From: Desulfobacterales bacterium
GTDB taxonomy: Bacteria; Desulfobacterota; Desulfobacteria; Desulfobacterales; Desulfosalsimonadaceae
Length of the DNA stretch: 64,000 bases
Assembly (NCBI GenBank): GCA_018399235.1
Contig: JAGYOX010000001.1
Location: 646 to 64,645, forward strand
Direction of reading: 5' to 3'
A model generated the notes under the pieces. It saw only the letters and a list, made by a program, of their open reading frames with translations, made no database searches and was not told the DNA's origin. A program made the translations under genes and the position numbers. Below, piece by piece: positions 43,326 through 52,783 of the stretch (positions are counted from its first letter, which is position 1; the number at the start of each line of letters is the position of its first letter).

Positions 43326-44486
43326 TTACTCCGTTTTACGGCAAACCAGATCATAGACATCGCCAATGGGAAGGTCGTTGGCCGCCGCTACCGTCTTGCA
43401 GGCTTCGTATTCCGGAACGATCCGGACGGAACCGTCTGGGCGTTTCACGCGTTTGGCGGCTATTGGACCGTAAACCGTTTCAACGACAACGGTTTCCCTT
43501 TCCAGCACCCGGCGATTGACATCGTAGTAACGAACTCCCAGGGTCGTGGTCTCTGTCAGTATCCGCCGAATAACGGTCTCCCGGCAGCCGGACGGACACA
43601 ATGCCTGAAGCAGGGTCCCCGGCCGATGCTTTTTCATAAATGCCGGAATCATATAAACATCCAGCGCCCCATCCGCCATGAGGCGATCAAAAAGAAACCC
43701 GTATACTTCCGGATTCATGTCATCAATGCAGGTCTCAACCATCACAATGCGCTCCACTTCCTCACCAGAGCGACCCAAAACAACCCGAAGGAGATTCGCC
43801 ATGCCCTCAATGTCCCGGCTGCCGCTGCCATAGCCCGTACCTGCAATGGTCATCTCCGGAACAACCCCGAATTCCTCCGCCAAAGTTTTAATAATCGTCG
43901 CCCCCGTTGGCGTCACCAATTCATAAGGGATCTCTGTGCCATATACCGGCACATCCTTCAGAATTTCGACCGTTGCAGGCACCGGAACAGGCAGCGTGCC
44001 ATGGGCACAGGCAACCGTTCCCCGGCCCAGGGGAATTTTCGAGGCGAAAACCCGGTCAATTTTTAGATAGTCAACACACAACGCCGTGCCCACGATATCT
44101 ACGATGGAATCCACGGCTCCGACCTCATGGAAGTGAACGGCTTCTTTCGGACAACTATGGATATGGGCCTCCGCTGCGGCAAGCCGGTCAAACATGTCAA
44201 GGCTTAACAGTTTAACCGCGTCAGACAATTTGCTGTTTTCGATCAATACCTTGATATCCGAATAATGGCGGACCTTTTGATCCATTGAGGAAACAGTCAC
44301 CCCACGGCCGGCAATACCCATCCGGGTAAGGGAATCGACTGACATATCAAATTCAAGACAAAGGCTGGATTTAAGGGTCTCGGCCAGCCACTCTGCCGGT
44401 ACGCCAAGGTCAAGGAAGGCCCCCAGGGTCATATCACCGCTGATCCCTGAAAAACAATCAAAGTAGGCAATCATATCGGAACTCAC
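43326..44486 (-). CDS. larC: LarC-family nickel insertion protein (DUF111)
   Basis: 386 aa. N-terminal YFDCFSGISGDMTLGAFLDLG and HFHEVGAVDSIVDIVG are characteristic of DUF111/LarC. Confidence 0.8.
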   Translation of the reverse strand: MSSDMIAYFDCFSGISGDMTLGAFLDLGVPAEWLAETLKSSLCLEFDMSVDSLTRMGIAGRGVTVSSMDQKVRHYSDIKVLIENSKLSDAVKLLSLDMFDRLAAAEAHIHSCPKEAVHFHEVGAVDSIVDIVGTALCVDYLKIDRVFASKIPLGRGTVACAHGTLPVPVPATVEILKDVPVYGTEIPYELVTPTGATIIKTLAEEFGVVPEMTIAGTGYGSGSRDIEGMANLLRVVLGRSGEEVERIVMVETCIDDMNPEVYGFLFDRLMADGALDVYMIPAFMKKHRPGTLLQALCPSGCRETVIRRILTETTTLGVRYYDVNRRVLERETVVVETVYGPIAAKRVKRPDGSVRIVPEYEACKTVAAANDLPIGDVYDLVCRKTE

Positions 44487-45628
44487 TCGGCATTCTTGCC
44501 ATGTTTTTGAATGATTTCCACCAAAAGTTCGGCGCTTTTCACCATATCATCGAGCCGAATCGACTCGCGCGTACTGTGAATATCTGTCATGCCGGTACCG
44601 ATAACACCGGTGACGATTCCGTTTTCAAAAAAAATATTGGCGTCCGAGCCGCCGCCGGTGCGCTTGGGGGCCATTTTTCGACCCAACTCGCCCGCTGCTT
44701 TTTGGGCGAGAGAAACAAGAGGGTGGTCATCAGGAATATGGGTGCAGGAAAACTCTTTATGAATGGAAGCATTAAATTTGGGCAAGTCATCCAATCGGTG
44801 CTGATTTTGATAATCCGTTACAACGGACTCAAAAGCCGACATAATGGTATCGGTGACCCGTTGAAGTTTGGCTTCATCATGGCTCCGGGCCTCGCCTTTT
44901 ACCCGCACATGCTTAGGTACGATATTGGTTGCCCCCTGGGCTTCAAGGACCCCTATATTGCACGTTGTCTCCTCATCGATCCGTCCTAATGAAAGCTTGG
45001 CAATCGCCCGGCTGGCCAAAAGGATCGCGTTTATCCCCTGTTCCGGTTCCGCCCCGGCGTGGGCGTCCTTGCCATAAAGGTTGATCTCGAATTGATTGGC
45101 TGCCGGGGCTTGGGTAATAATGGCATCGATGTCCGATGTATCCAAGGCATACCCATAAGGGGCGGCAATTAAATTAAAATCCAGATTTTTGGCGCCAAGC
45201 AGACCGATTTCCTCGCAAATAGTAAAGACCAGCTCGATGGGGCCATGGCTAAGCCTATTTTCATTGATTGCCGTCAGGGATTCAATAATAATCGCAATGG
45301 CACTTTTGTCATCCGCGCCTAGAATGGTATCCCCTTTGCTTGTAAACACGCCGTCGGCAAATTCCGGTTCCACCCCTTTACCCGGCGAAACCGTGTCCAT
45401 ATGGGCGTTTAACATTAGCGGGGAAATATTCTTGTCCCCGGGGATTTTCATGATGAGGTTTCCCGTATTACTCCCGGTTTTGCTGCCCGCCTTATCAATA
45501 AATATTTCCGGTTTCAAAAACGCAAGCATTCGGCAAATGGTATCCGAAACATTGGCTTCTTCCCTTGAAATACTGTCGATCATGACTAAAGTTTTAAATG
45601 TTTCGGCAAGACGTTCTCTATTTATCAT
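44483..45628 (-). CDS. M20-family metallopeptidase (peptidase T-like)
   Basis: 381 aa. NAHMDTV, GADDKSAIA and ICEEIGLLG metal-ligand blocks of the M20/PepT clan. 4-nt overlap with the larC start. Confidence 0.75.
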   Translation of the reverse strand: MINRERLAETFKTLVMIDSISREEANVSDTICRMLAFLKPEIFIDKAGSKTGSNTGNLIMKIPGDKNISPLMLNAHMDTVSPGKGVEPEFADGVFTSKGDTILGADDKSAIAIIIESLTAINENRLSHGPIELVFTICEEIGLLGAKNLDFNLIAAPYGYALDTSDIDAIITQAPAANQFEINLYGKDAHAGAEPEQGINAILLASRAIAKLSLGRIDEETTCNIGVLEAQGATNIVPKHVRVKGEARSHDEAKLQRVTDTIMSAFESVVTDYQNQHRLDDLPKFNASIHKEFSCTHIPDDHPLVSLAQKAAGELGRKMAPKRTGGGSDANIFFENGIVTGVIGTGMTDIHSTRESIRLDDMVKSAELLVEIIQKHGKNAE

Positions 45629-45660
45629 ATTTTACCTGCAGATCTCGTACTTAAAAAGTA

Positions 45661-45690
45661 TTGACAACAATCAACGGTTACTTTTACTTT
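45661..45690 (+). promoter_or_regulatory. Candidate sigma70-type promoter for tRNA-Sec
   Basis: Perfect TTGACA at 45661-45666, 18-nt spacer, TACTTT at 45685-45690, about 16 nt before the mature tRNA 5' end. Confidence 0.4.
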
Positions 45691-45706
45691 AAGGGCCAGC
45701 ATCTAA

Positions 45707-45804
45707 GGAAGTGCGAAGCTCACTGGTGGGGCTCCCGGACTTCAAATCCGGTGTAGGGCGTTAACACCGTCCTAGGTGGGTTCGATTCCCATGCACTTCC
45801 GCCA
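45707..45804 (+). tRNA. selC: Selenocysteine tRNA (tRNA-Sec, anticodon UCA)
   Basis: 98 nt. 8-bp acceptor stem GGAAGTGC/GCACTTCC, anticodon loop CTTCAAA within GGACTTCAAATCC (as in E. coli selC), long variable arm, GGTTCGATTCC T-arm, discriminator G plus encoded CCA. Confidence 0.9.
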
Positions 45805-45814
45805 AATTTATCGT

Positions 45815-46900
45815 TCAATTGCACAGAATATTATAACAGACAACCGGCTCTGTCTTGTTTTTGACATAAACCTCCCCCCGGCATTCAAAATTAAAATCAC
45901 AGGCACTTTTTCGGAAAGTATTTTCACCGATAATAATCTCTCCGCCTTTGGCCATTTCCTCCAGCCTGGCGGCGACATTGACGCAATCCCCGATAACGGT
46001 ATAGTCCATACGGTTTGACGATCCAATGTTACCGATAATGGCCACTCCAGTGTTGATTCCAATACCTATCTCAAAGTATTCCTGGTTTTCCTGGAGCCTG
46101 CGGGTCATAAGGGCCCGGGTCGCCTGCTGCATTTCAAGAGCCGTCCGGATGGCGTCTTCAGGGGGATTGGTATCTGATTCCACAAGACCAAAAACAGCTA
46201 TCAGCTGATCCCCTACAAACTTGTCCAGTAAACCGTTATTCTTAAAAATAGTATCAACCATGATACTGAAATATTCGTTTAGCATCAAGACGACGTCGTC
46301 CGCCTTCATCCGTTCGGCGATGGCTGTAAATGAACGGATATCGGCGAATAGAATCGTTACTTCACGCCGCTCGGTTTCCAACAGGACGCCATCTTTTAAA
46401 TTGATCAGCTTGTCAACCAGGTTGTTACCGACATACCGACTCAAGCGATTCCTCAGAGCTTCTTCCTGCTTGGTTTTTTTATATGACAGGGCAAGGTCCC
46501 GGGAATAAATCATCAGCTGTGTGGCCTGTTCCTGGTTTTTCCGCTTCATTTTTTCCAGGTTTTGCAACATCCCGTTGACATGGTCAGCAATTTCATTTAA
46601 TTCCCGGTCCGCCTGAATCTGTATCGGCCCTTTGTTTTCACCGCCTTCCAGTCGGGCGATTTCCTGACTGAGAAAAAACAACTGGTCAGCCGACCGACGA
46701 AGCAATGAAAAACCCGACAGGATGGATATCAAAATCAACGGAAGGAAAAAAATAAAGGTCTCAGTGAAGTTTATCTGATTGTTAATGAATAGATAGATCA
46801 GCAACAGATAGGGTATGACGGCCATCATGGCCAGTGCGACGACAATTTTACCTCCAAGGCTCTTATAGTCGCTATAATAGGCTGGTTTTCCCCTTTTCAT
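45815..46900 (-). CDS. Membrane-anchored class III adenylate/guanylate cyclase with HAMP-like linker
   Basis: 361 aa with two N-terminal TM helices. Cyclase homology domain motifs VTILFADIRSFTAIAE, GDQLIAVFG, IGINTGVAIIGNIGS, DYTVIGDCVNVAARLE. Confidence 0.85.
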   Translation of the reverse strand: MKRGKPAYYSDYKSLGGKIVVALAMMAVIPYLLLIYLFINNQINFTETFIFFLPLILISILSGFSLLRRSADQLFFLSQEIARLEGGENKGPIQIQADRELNEIADHVNGMLQNLEKMKRKNQEQATQLMIYSRDLALSYKKTKQEEALRNRLSRYVGNNLVDKLINLKDGVLLETERREVTILFADIRSFTAIAERMKADDVVLMLNEYFSIMVDTIFKNNGLLDKFVGDQLIAVFGLVESDTNPPEDAIRTALEMQQATRALMTRRLQENQEYFEIGIGINTGVAIIGNIGSSNRMDYTVIGDCVNVAARLEEMAKGGEIIIGENTFRKSACDFNFECRGEVYVKNKTEPVVCYNILCN

Positions 46901-47358
46901 TCCTTCATCTCGGGATCGCTGCTGTCAATTCGTTCAAAATCAAACGTCCGATCAAATCGAACAGCCACACGAACCGATCTATCCGCAGAATCTTCCTCCT
47001 TACCTTCAACACGGACAACCGTTGCCTCGGCTCGGATACAGGCTCTGACATCATGGGTTCCAGCCAAATAAATGATCGTTTCGATCTGCTGCCCCGCATA
47101 GTATTTTTCAGGCTGACACGGTAAAAACAAGGCGCCGCCTCCGGATACATCCTGTAATTCACCTTGATCCCAGCTTAAAGCTTTATCATCTCCAGGGAAT
47201 TTTACCGAAACGTCAAATTCAACAGAGTACCGTTTAAAGACCCGTTTGTTCTGTTTTTTGATCATGGTAGGGCCCGAAGATGTCCGAAAAGCATACGTCC
47301 GGCGAGAAAAAGGGCGTTTTAAAGGCAGTCTTAATAAATTTACCAGTCTGTTTCCCAT
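46897..47358 (-). CDS. PilZ-domain protein (canonical c-di-GMP binding motifs)
   Basis: RxxxR (RVFKR) and DxSxxG (DVSGGG) motifs are present. An alternative start at 47265 would give 122 aa. 4-nt overlap with the cyclase start. Confidence 0.8.
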   Translation of the reverse strand: MGNRLVNLLRLPLKRPFSRRTYAFRTSSGPTMIKKQNKRVFKRYSVEFDVSVKFPGDDKALSWDQGELQDVSGGGALFLPCQPEKYYAGQQIETIIYLAGTHDVRACIRAEATVVRVEGKEEDSADRSVRVAVRFDRTFDFERIDSSDPEMKE

Positions 47359-47374
47359 TGAAAAGGTATATATT

Positions 47375-49798
47375 CTATGTAATTACACAAACGCGACGGA
47401 CTTCATTAATATCGGTCAACCCTTTGAATACCTTTAAAATCCCATCCTGCATCAGAGTGGTCATGTCTTCCTGCTTGGCCTGGCGGAATAGTTCCTCGGC
47501 ACTGGCCTGTTTTTTGATCATCCGTTTGACCTCTTTACTCCCATCCATGAGCTCGTGTATGCCCATCCGCCCCTTATACCCGGTTCCGTTGCACTGCTCA
47601 CAACCGACCGGTGCATAAAGCTTTAAATCCGACGTGTACTTGATGCCGGTCTTTTGGAACTCCTCTGGCCCGTAATCGTTTACCATTTCATCAAATTCTT
47701 CTTTTGACGGCGTATACTCCTTGCGGCAGTTTTTACAAAGACGCCTAAGCAGCCGTTGGGCCAAAACCACCAGGAACGCATCGGAAAAGTTCAACGGATT
47801 TAATCCCATATCCAATAGCCGGGTTACGGTTTCAGGCGCGCTGTTGGTATGAAGCGTAGAGAAGACCAGATGGCCGGTAAGTGAGGCTTCAACACCGATG
47901 GAGGCCGTTTCGTAGTCCCGCATCTCACCAACCATAATAACATCCGGGTCGGCCCGCAGAAAAGAGCGCATGATTCTCGCGAAATCCAGGCCGATTTTGT
48001 TTTTAACCTCTACCTGACGCAAGCCGAGCTGGGAAATTTCCACCGGGTCTTCCGCCGTCCAGATTTTGCGATCCGGCGTATTGATATGATGCAGGGCGGA
48101 ATGAAGCGTGGTGGTTTTACCAGACCCGGTTGGGCCGACACACAGAATAATCCCATAGGGCTTATTGATGGCCTTTTTAAGCATCTCATAGTTCCGTTCC
48201 GTCAAACCGAGATCCTCAAGCTGCATAGCGCCGCTGGTAGCCAAAATCCGGAGAACGGCATCCTCATAACCGCCGGCAGTAGGAAGGGTTGCCACCCGGA
48301 GTTCAAACTCCGGAATTCCTCTGCGCTTAAATTTGATCTTGCCATCCTGGGGCATCCGCCGCTCGGCAATATCCAGATTAGACATGATCTTGACCCTTGA
48401 AAGCAGCGCGTGTGCGAATGAATTGGGTATTTCTAAAAAGTCCTGGCAGACCCCGTCAATGCGAAACCGGATCTTGGTTCGTTTGGTCACCGGCGAGGGC
48501 TCTATATGAATATCCGAGGCATCCTTGCGATAAGCGGAAATAAGCATCTGGTCAACCAGCCGAACGACTTTTCCGGAGCCTTCGTCAAGCTCTTCAACAT
48601 CATCTTCTTCCTCTTCATCTTCCTCAAAAGCGATATCCGGCATATCATCCATCGCATTCGAATTCGAATTACTTCCTTCTATCGTCCCTGACTGGTGCGA
48701 CTTTTTCTCTTTGAAAAAAAGATTGATAATTTGCTCAATGTCTTCTTTGATTCCAACGGAAAACATGAATTTATTGGTATTGAACAACGCCTTGGCATGA
48801 TCCAGTTTTCTTAGGTCCTTGGGATCATCCATTAAGATTTCGATATGCCCGACATCCCAATGCACCGGCACCCAGAGATCCTGCAGCAGAAAAGGTTTTT
48901 TCAGGTTGCTGAGCAGTTCATAGGGCACTTCCACCTTTGGATCAAACGTCCGGAACTGACAATTATAGTAAGCGGAGAGCGACTTGCCAATATTATCCTT
49001 GGAGACCTTGAACTGCTCCATAAGAATGAATTCAACGCTTTTTTTCATTTTTTTGGAAAGCGTCAGCGCCTTCTGAAGCTGGACGGTGGATACGATTTCA
49101 TTTTTCAACAGGTAATCGTAGCGGGATTCGTATCGCCGATCCGGCTGCACAGCCTCGAGGCGCTCCTTGATTTTGGGATACACAGGATCAATTTTCTGCA
49201 CCGACTCATAGCATTTTATGGACAGCTCCTTATAATCCCTTTTATCCAATTCCTGACCGAGGTAGAACTTAATTGACGCTTCAGTTTTTTTCGGCAGTTT
49301 ATCTTCTTTTACAATCCGATCAATTTCCTCAGATGCTTCTCCCGGCGGATAAACCGACAGCAGACAGTCCAAAAAATCCTGCAGAAAATCCTCGACCGGG
49401 AACTCGGTCTGAAAAAGCTTCTGGTATTCGGAAACCGCCTCCTTAAATAGCCCCAATTCCTTAAAGGCAGTCGCACTGTCATAGATTTCGGGACCGCTCT
49501 CCCCGATGGAGAGACCGGTTTTGATATGGGTTACATCTTCGGTGGAAAGATCGTACTCCGGTTCCTGGGCATCGTCTTCGATCTCCTGCCTGAGCTCGTC
49601 AATTTTACTCTGGAGTTCATTTCTTCTGGCTTCCTCATCATTGGGCAGTTCTGATAAAACCTGTTGATATATGGCCAACGCCTCATCATATAGCCCGTGG
49701 CCCTCATAGGTATCTGCAGTTTTAAGCCTTGATTCCACATCATTGGTTGTCGTTTGAGCATCTCCCATTTTGATGCCTCCTTTATCACCGGTAATCAT
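47375..49798 (-). CDS. PilB/GspE-family secretion ATPase with about 370-aa N-terminal extension
   Basis: 807 aa. Walker A GPTGSGKTT, Asp box, Walker B DPDVIMVGEMRD, His box GHLVFSTLHTN, tetracysteine CKNC...CEQC. T2SSE_N-like segment at about residue 220-330. TPR-like helices and the acidic run EEDEEEEDDVEE lie upstream. The start may be Met11 (49768). Confidence 0.85.
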   Translation of the reverse strand: MITGDKGGIKMGDAQTTTNDVESRLKTADTYEGHGLYDEALAIYQQVLSELPNDEEARRNELQSKIDELRQEIEDDAQEPEYDLSTEDVTHIKTGLSIGESGPEIYDSATAFKELGLFKEAVSEYQKLFQTEFPVEDFLQDFLDCLLSVYPPGEASEEIDRIVKEDKLPKKTEASIKFYLGQELDKRDYKELSIKCYESVQKIDPVYPKIKERLEAVQPDRRYESRYDYLLKNEIVSTVQLQKALTLSKKMKKSVEFILMEQFKVSKDNIGKSLSAYYNCQFRTFDPKVEVPYELLSNLKKPFLLQDLWVPVHWDVGHIEILMDDPKDLRKLDHAKALFNTNKFMFSVGIKEDIEQIINLFFKEKKSHQSGTIEGSNSNSNAMDDMPDIAFEEDEEEEDDVEELDEGSGKVVRLVDQMLISAYRKDASDIHIEPSPVTKRTKIRFRIDGVCQDFLEIPNSFAHALLSRVKIMSNLDIAERRMPQDGKIKFKRRGIPEFELRVATLPTAGGYEDAVLRILATSGAMQLEDLGLTERNYEMLKKAINKPYGIILCVGPTGSGKTTTLHSALHHINTPDRKIWTAEDPVEISQLGLRQVEVKNKIGLDFARIMRSFLRADPDVIMVGEMRDYETASIGVEASLTGHLVFSTLHTNSAPETVTRLLDMGLNPLNFSDAFLVVLAQRLLRRLCKNCRKEYTPSKEEFDEMVNDYGPEEFQKTGIKYTSDLKLYAPVGCEQCNGTGYKGRMGIHELMDGSKEVKRMIKKQASAEELFRQAKQEDMTTLMQDGILKVFKGLTDINEVRRVCVIT

Positions 49799-50028
49799 AA
49801 AATACGGTTTTCAGGCATTTCACCATCTTACTATATTTTAATAATATTTATAATTATAACAAATTCGGGTTGCTTTGCAAAGAGCAAAAGGACTTTTCAA
49901 CAAATCGGGAAGGCAAATTAGGCAAGGCTTGCGCGCTGTCAGTAAATCCCCGAATACACATACTCCATAATTCAACAACGCGCTCCATTTAATAAGAACT
50001 ACAAAGAACTACATTCATACTTCTTGTC

Positions 50029-50400
50029 TTAAAAAATCTTTTTCCGCAGCAGTTGGCTGATACCTTTGCCGGTTTTTTGTTTATCAAGTACCGGCAACAA
50101 AACCTCACAATTTAATCGGACCATCGACATCGGCGCATGATCATCAAGAATAACCATTAAATAACCGTTATTCGTTTTCCGGATATAAAAACGGCCCTCA
50201 TCAAACATTATTTCAGCTTCTGTGACACCGGTTAATTCTTTAACCATAGAGGACCAGTTTACATTCTTTGTTTTCTCCTCATCGGATTGATAATCTTTTG
50301 TAAATTGAGAAACTGACAGCTCGCCCTCCTCTGTCAGGAATAAAATACCATGAACCCCCTCAATGCCAAGTACGTCTTTAAACATATCCGCCATGATCAA
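50029..50400 (-). CDS. Roadblock/LC7-like protein (second copy in cluster, MglB/MglC-like fold)
   Basis: 123 aa. Pattern GIEGVHGILFLTEEGEL...EAEIMFDEGRFYIRKTNNGYLMVILDDHAPMSMV fits the roadblock alpha-beta-alpha sandwich profile. Confidence 0.6.
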   Translation of the reverse strand: MIMADMFKDVLGIEGVHGILFLTEEGELSVSQFTKDYQSDEEKTKNVNWSSMVKELTGVTEAEIMFDEGRFYIRKTNNGYLMVILDDHAPMSMVRLNCEVLLPVLDKQKTGKGISQLLRKKIF

Positions 50401-50430
50401 TCCCGTTTACCCGATTGCTAAAAGTATAGA

Positions 50431-51558
50431 TCAACTTAGAACCCCTATAATTCGGTCTCTCGGTGCATCCGGATCGATTGAAATAACAGTTGTTTCATCA
50501 TCTTCCGGCAGGACAAGATACTGCCCTTCGCTGCCCTTGCTTGCATAGAGAACATTTAACTGACCGAGATCAAAAATTTCACCGAGATTTGACGCTTGAA
50601 TTATTATCTGATCCCAGTCATCATCCGTATAGATATCGTTAATCCCGCTATGATTACCCAAAGCAGCTGCCAATTGCCTCCGAATCGATTCTACTGCCGA
50701 CAACTCTTCTTCGGGCTCGGTCTCTTCAACTACCGGTGGCGGGTTCTGTGCCCCCTCAACATCAGCCTGGGCTTCAATAGCCTCTGCCTTTACATCCCCC
50801 GGATTTACAGGTTCTTCACCGCTTACAGGTTCATCCAGAACGATTTCATTGCCATCAGCAAGGGCTTGACTGGCTTCCTCGTTTTCATCCTTTGAACGCA
50901 TGGCGTCCAGTAAAATAGCCTGCAAATCCCCTTCGATAAGTTTCTCTTCAAAGACACAATCGTTTTCAATCGAAACAGATACGCTGGACCAGGAAAGAAT
51001 CTCGTATGCGGCCGCCTTGCCTTGTCGACCGGCGATACGGGCATTAACAATGTCACCGTTTCGGAAAAATAGAACCCCACCCAGTTTATTGGTTTTATTG
51101 AGTACATGCAACGTGCAGGTTTGCTGCTCCATTTCCACAAGCTGGAGAAAGGTTTCCAGAGAAACGTTATGCAGATTTCCCCCGGCGACTTTTTTGCGCA
51201 GTATTTTATTGATTTCCCCGGCCAATATATCCGGAGAGAACGGTTTTGTCAGATACCCGGCGGCCCCGCTTCGAAACACCACGTCTTTTGTTTTGGGCCG
51301 GTCATAAGCGGTGACAATAATCACGGGTATATCCGGGTAATTTGCCAAAATCCGCGACAGAAGATCAAACCCGTCTATACCCGGCATGCGCAGGTCCGAT
51401 ACCACCACCACGATATGCTCCTGTTTAAGGATTGCCAGCGCACTGTCTCCGCTATCCGCAGTCCTTATCGCAAAATCCCTTGAATAGCTTCCCAGTTCCT
51501 TGTGCATCAAGCTCAGCCATGACTGGTCATCATCAACAATCAATACTTTGGGCACCAT
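50431..51558 (-). CDS. Response regulator: REC plus DUF4388-like domain, acidic/Pro-rich linker and C-terminal small domain
   Basis: 375 aa. REC (VLIVDDD...SDLRMPGIDG...K). GNLHNVSLETFLQLVEMEQQTCTLHV...GGVLFFRNGDIVNA matches the DUF4388 pattern. The linker is rich in E/P/V. Confidence 0.75.
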   Translation of the reverse strand: MVPKVLIVDDDQSWLSLMHKELGSYSRDFAIRTADSGDSALAILKQEHIVVVVSDLRMPGIDGFDLLSRILANYPDIPVIIVTAYDRPKTKDVVFRSGAAGYLTKPFSPDILAGEINKILRKKVAGGNLHNVSLETFLQLVEMEQQTCTLHVLNKTNKLGGVLFFRNGDIVNARIAGRQGKAAAYEILSWSSVSVSIENDCVFEEKLIEGDLQAILLDAMRSKDENEEASQALADGNEIVLDEPVSGEEPVNPGDVKAEAIEAQADVEGAQNPPPVVEETEPEEELSAVESIRRQLAAALGNHSGINDIYTDDDWDQIIIQASNLGEIFDLGQLNVLYASKGSEGQYLVLPEDDETTVISIDPDAPRDRIIGVLS

Positions 51559-51614
51559 CTATAATATTTTCCCTCCCGGCGGCCTTTTAACAATATACAG
51601 AATTGCTTCTTTGT

Positions 51615-52670
51615 TTAAATCTCTACATCAAACGTATAAATCTCATCAATATATTCTTTATGCCACGATGCCAAGTACTTGCGAAAACTGCCGGCAATAC
51701 CCAGTTCTGATACGATCTCCCTGACGCATTCGACCACCCCCCTAACCAGCTGGGGTTGGGATGCGTTTCCTTTAAACACCAACTGACCGTTTAAATACCT
51801 AAAATCTCCAGCGAATGGATCTAGAAACTCGTATTCATCCACTTTATCCATGAATTTACGATTGAGAAGGGTTTCGAAATCAGCCCGGATTTTTTTATTC
51901 GCCCGAACTACTTTTTCCAGTAAAGAAAGAAGGCTTTGAAGCATTAAAATCACACGTTGCTGATCAGCCTCTTCCGGGGTTTTCCGTTCAGCCGAGGCCT
52001 TTTCAGGTTTTTTAGGGGCTGCTTTTTCAGGTTTGCCTCTGGAGGCTGAAGCTGCTGTTTGTTTGGTTGATGTAATATTGCCCAGATCGGTTTTCCAAAC
52101 ATTGAACAGCCCGCTACGCTCCCCGCATCTTTTAATGAGATCGTCCCTGTATCCCCGGCTTCGATCCACATCGCTCTTTCCTTTTGCCGAAGATCCGCCG
52201 ATGATTTCCCCGTTGAAAAAAAATAACAGGCCCCCACCTGAACTGTCGTTTAACTGAACATCGATATACCCGGTGAGCTTTTCATCCTCCATCTTCTTTA
52301 CAAGCCCTTCCAGATCTGTAAACTCTGAACTCAAATCACTGTATAGGGCACTTGAGTTTGCCAAATTCGACCAGTAATAAAGCCGATCCGGCTGAATCCG
52401 ATACACGGAAACAGAAAAATTATTTCCCGAAGCCGCTTTGATGATACGGTCAACCGCCACTTGACCTGTCACTTCAGATTTTTTGTCCTTGTAGGAGCCG
52501 TTCAGTATATTTTCGTCGTCAAAAAATACAACCGCTTCTGCTGTTGGGGCCTTAAAGTAAATACCGCCGCTCTCCAGCGCCCCCTGATAATGTTCCAGCA
52601 GTTTGTCGATTTTCAGGTAATAGCTGTTTAGATCCTCTATAACCGGCTTCTCTTTGGGTATAATGATCAT
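51615..52670 (-). CDS. Hypothetical protein with two DUF4388-like beta-rich repeats, Lys/Pro linker and unknown C-terminal domain
   Basis: 351 aa. Segments GGIYFKAPTAEAVVFFDDENILNGSY and GYIDVQLNDSSGGGLLFFFNGEIIGGSS resemble the G-x-L-x-F-x-x-G-x-I core of DUF4388. Linker KPEKAAPKKPEKASAERK. Confidence 0.5.
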   Translation of the reverse strand: MIIIPKEKPVIEDLNSYYLKIDKLLEHYQGALESGGIYFKAPTAEAVVFFDDENILNGSYKDKKSEVTGQVAVDRIIKAASGNNFSVSVYRIQPDRLYYWSNLANSSALYSDLSSEFTDLEGLVKKMEDEKLTGYIDVQLNDSSGGGLLFFFNGEIIGGSSAKGKSDVDRSRGYRDDLIKRCGERSGLFNVWKTDLGNITSTKQTAASASRGKPEKAAPKKPEKASAERKTPEEADQQRVILMLQSLLSLLEKVVRANKKIRADFETLLNRKFMDKVDEYEFLDPFAGDFRYLNGQLVFKGNASQPQLVRGVVECVREIVSELGIAGSFRKYLASWHKEYIDEIYTFDVEI

Positions 52671-52783
52671 CTCATTTCAGCTCCTTAATAATATATTATT
52701 GAATGGGCGTAGACAAAACAAGCAATGCGGAACAAACCTCTCCGCATTGCTTGCAAAAATTGATCTTTCTGGTTCCAAGTTGC

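Noticed and set aside
43287-44066. Long antisense ORFs opposite well-supported genes (also 40151-40807, 36673-37347, 35735-36208, 44501-44989, 45189-45692, 52703-53239, 31195-31623)
   Set aside because: They have Arg/Pro/Gly-rich or low-complexity composition typical of the reverse frame of real genes. They carry no motifs, and the sense-strand gene has strong family signatures.
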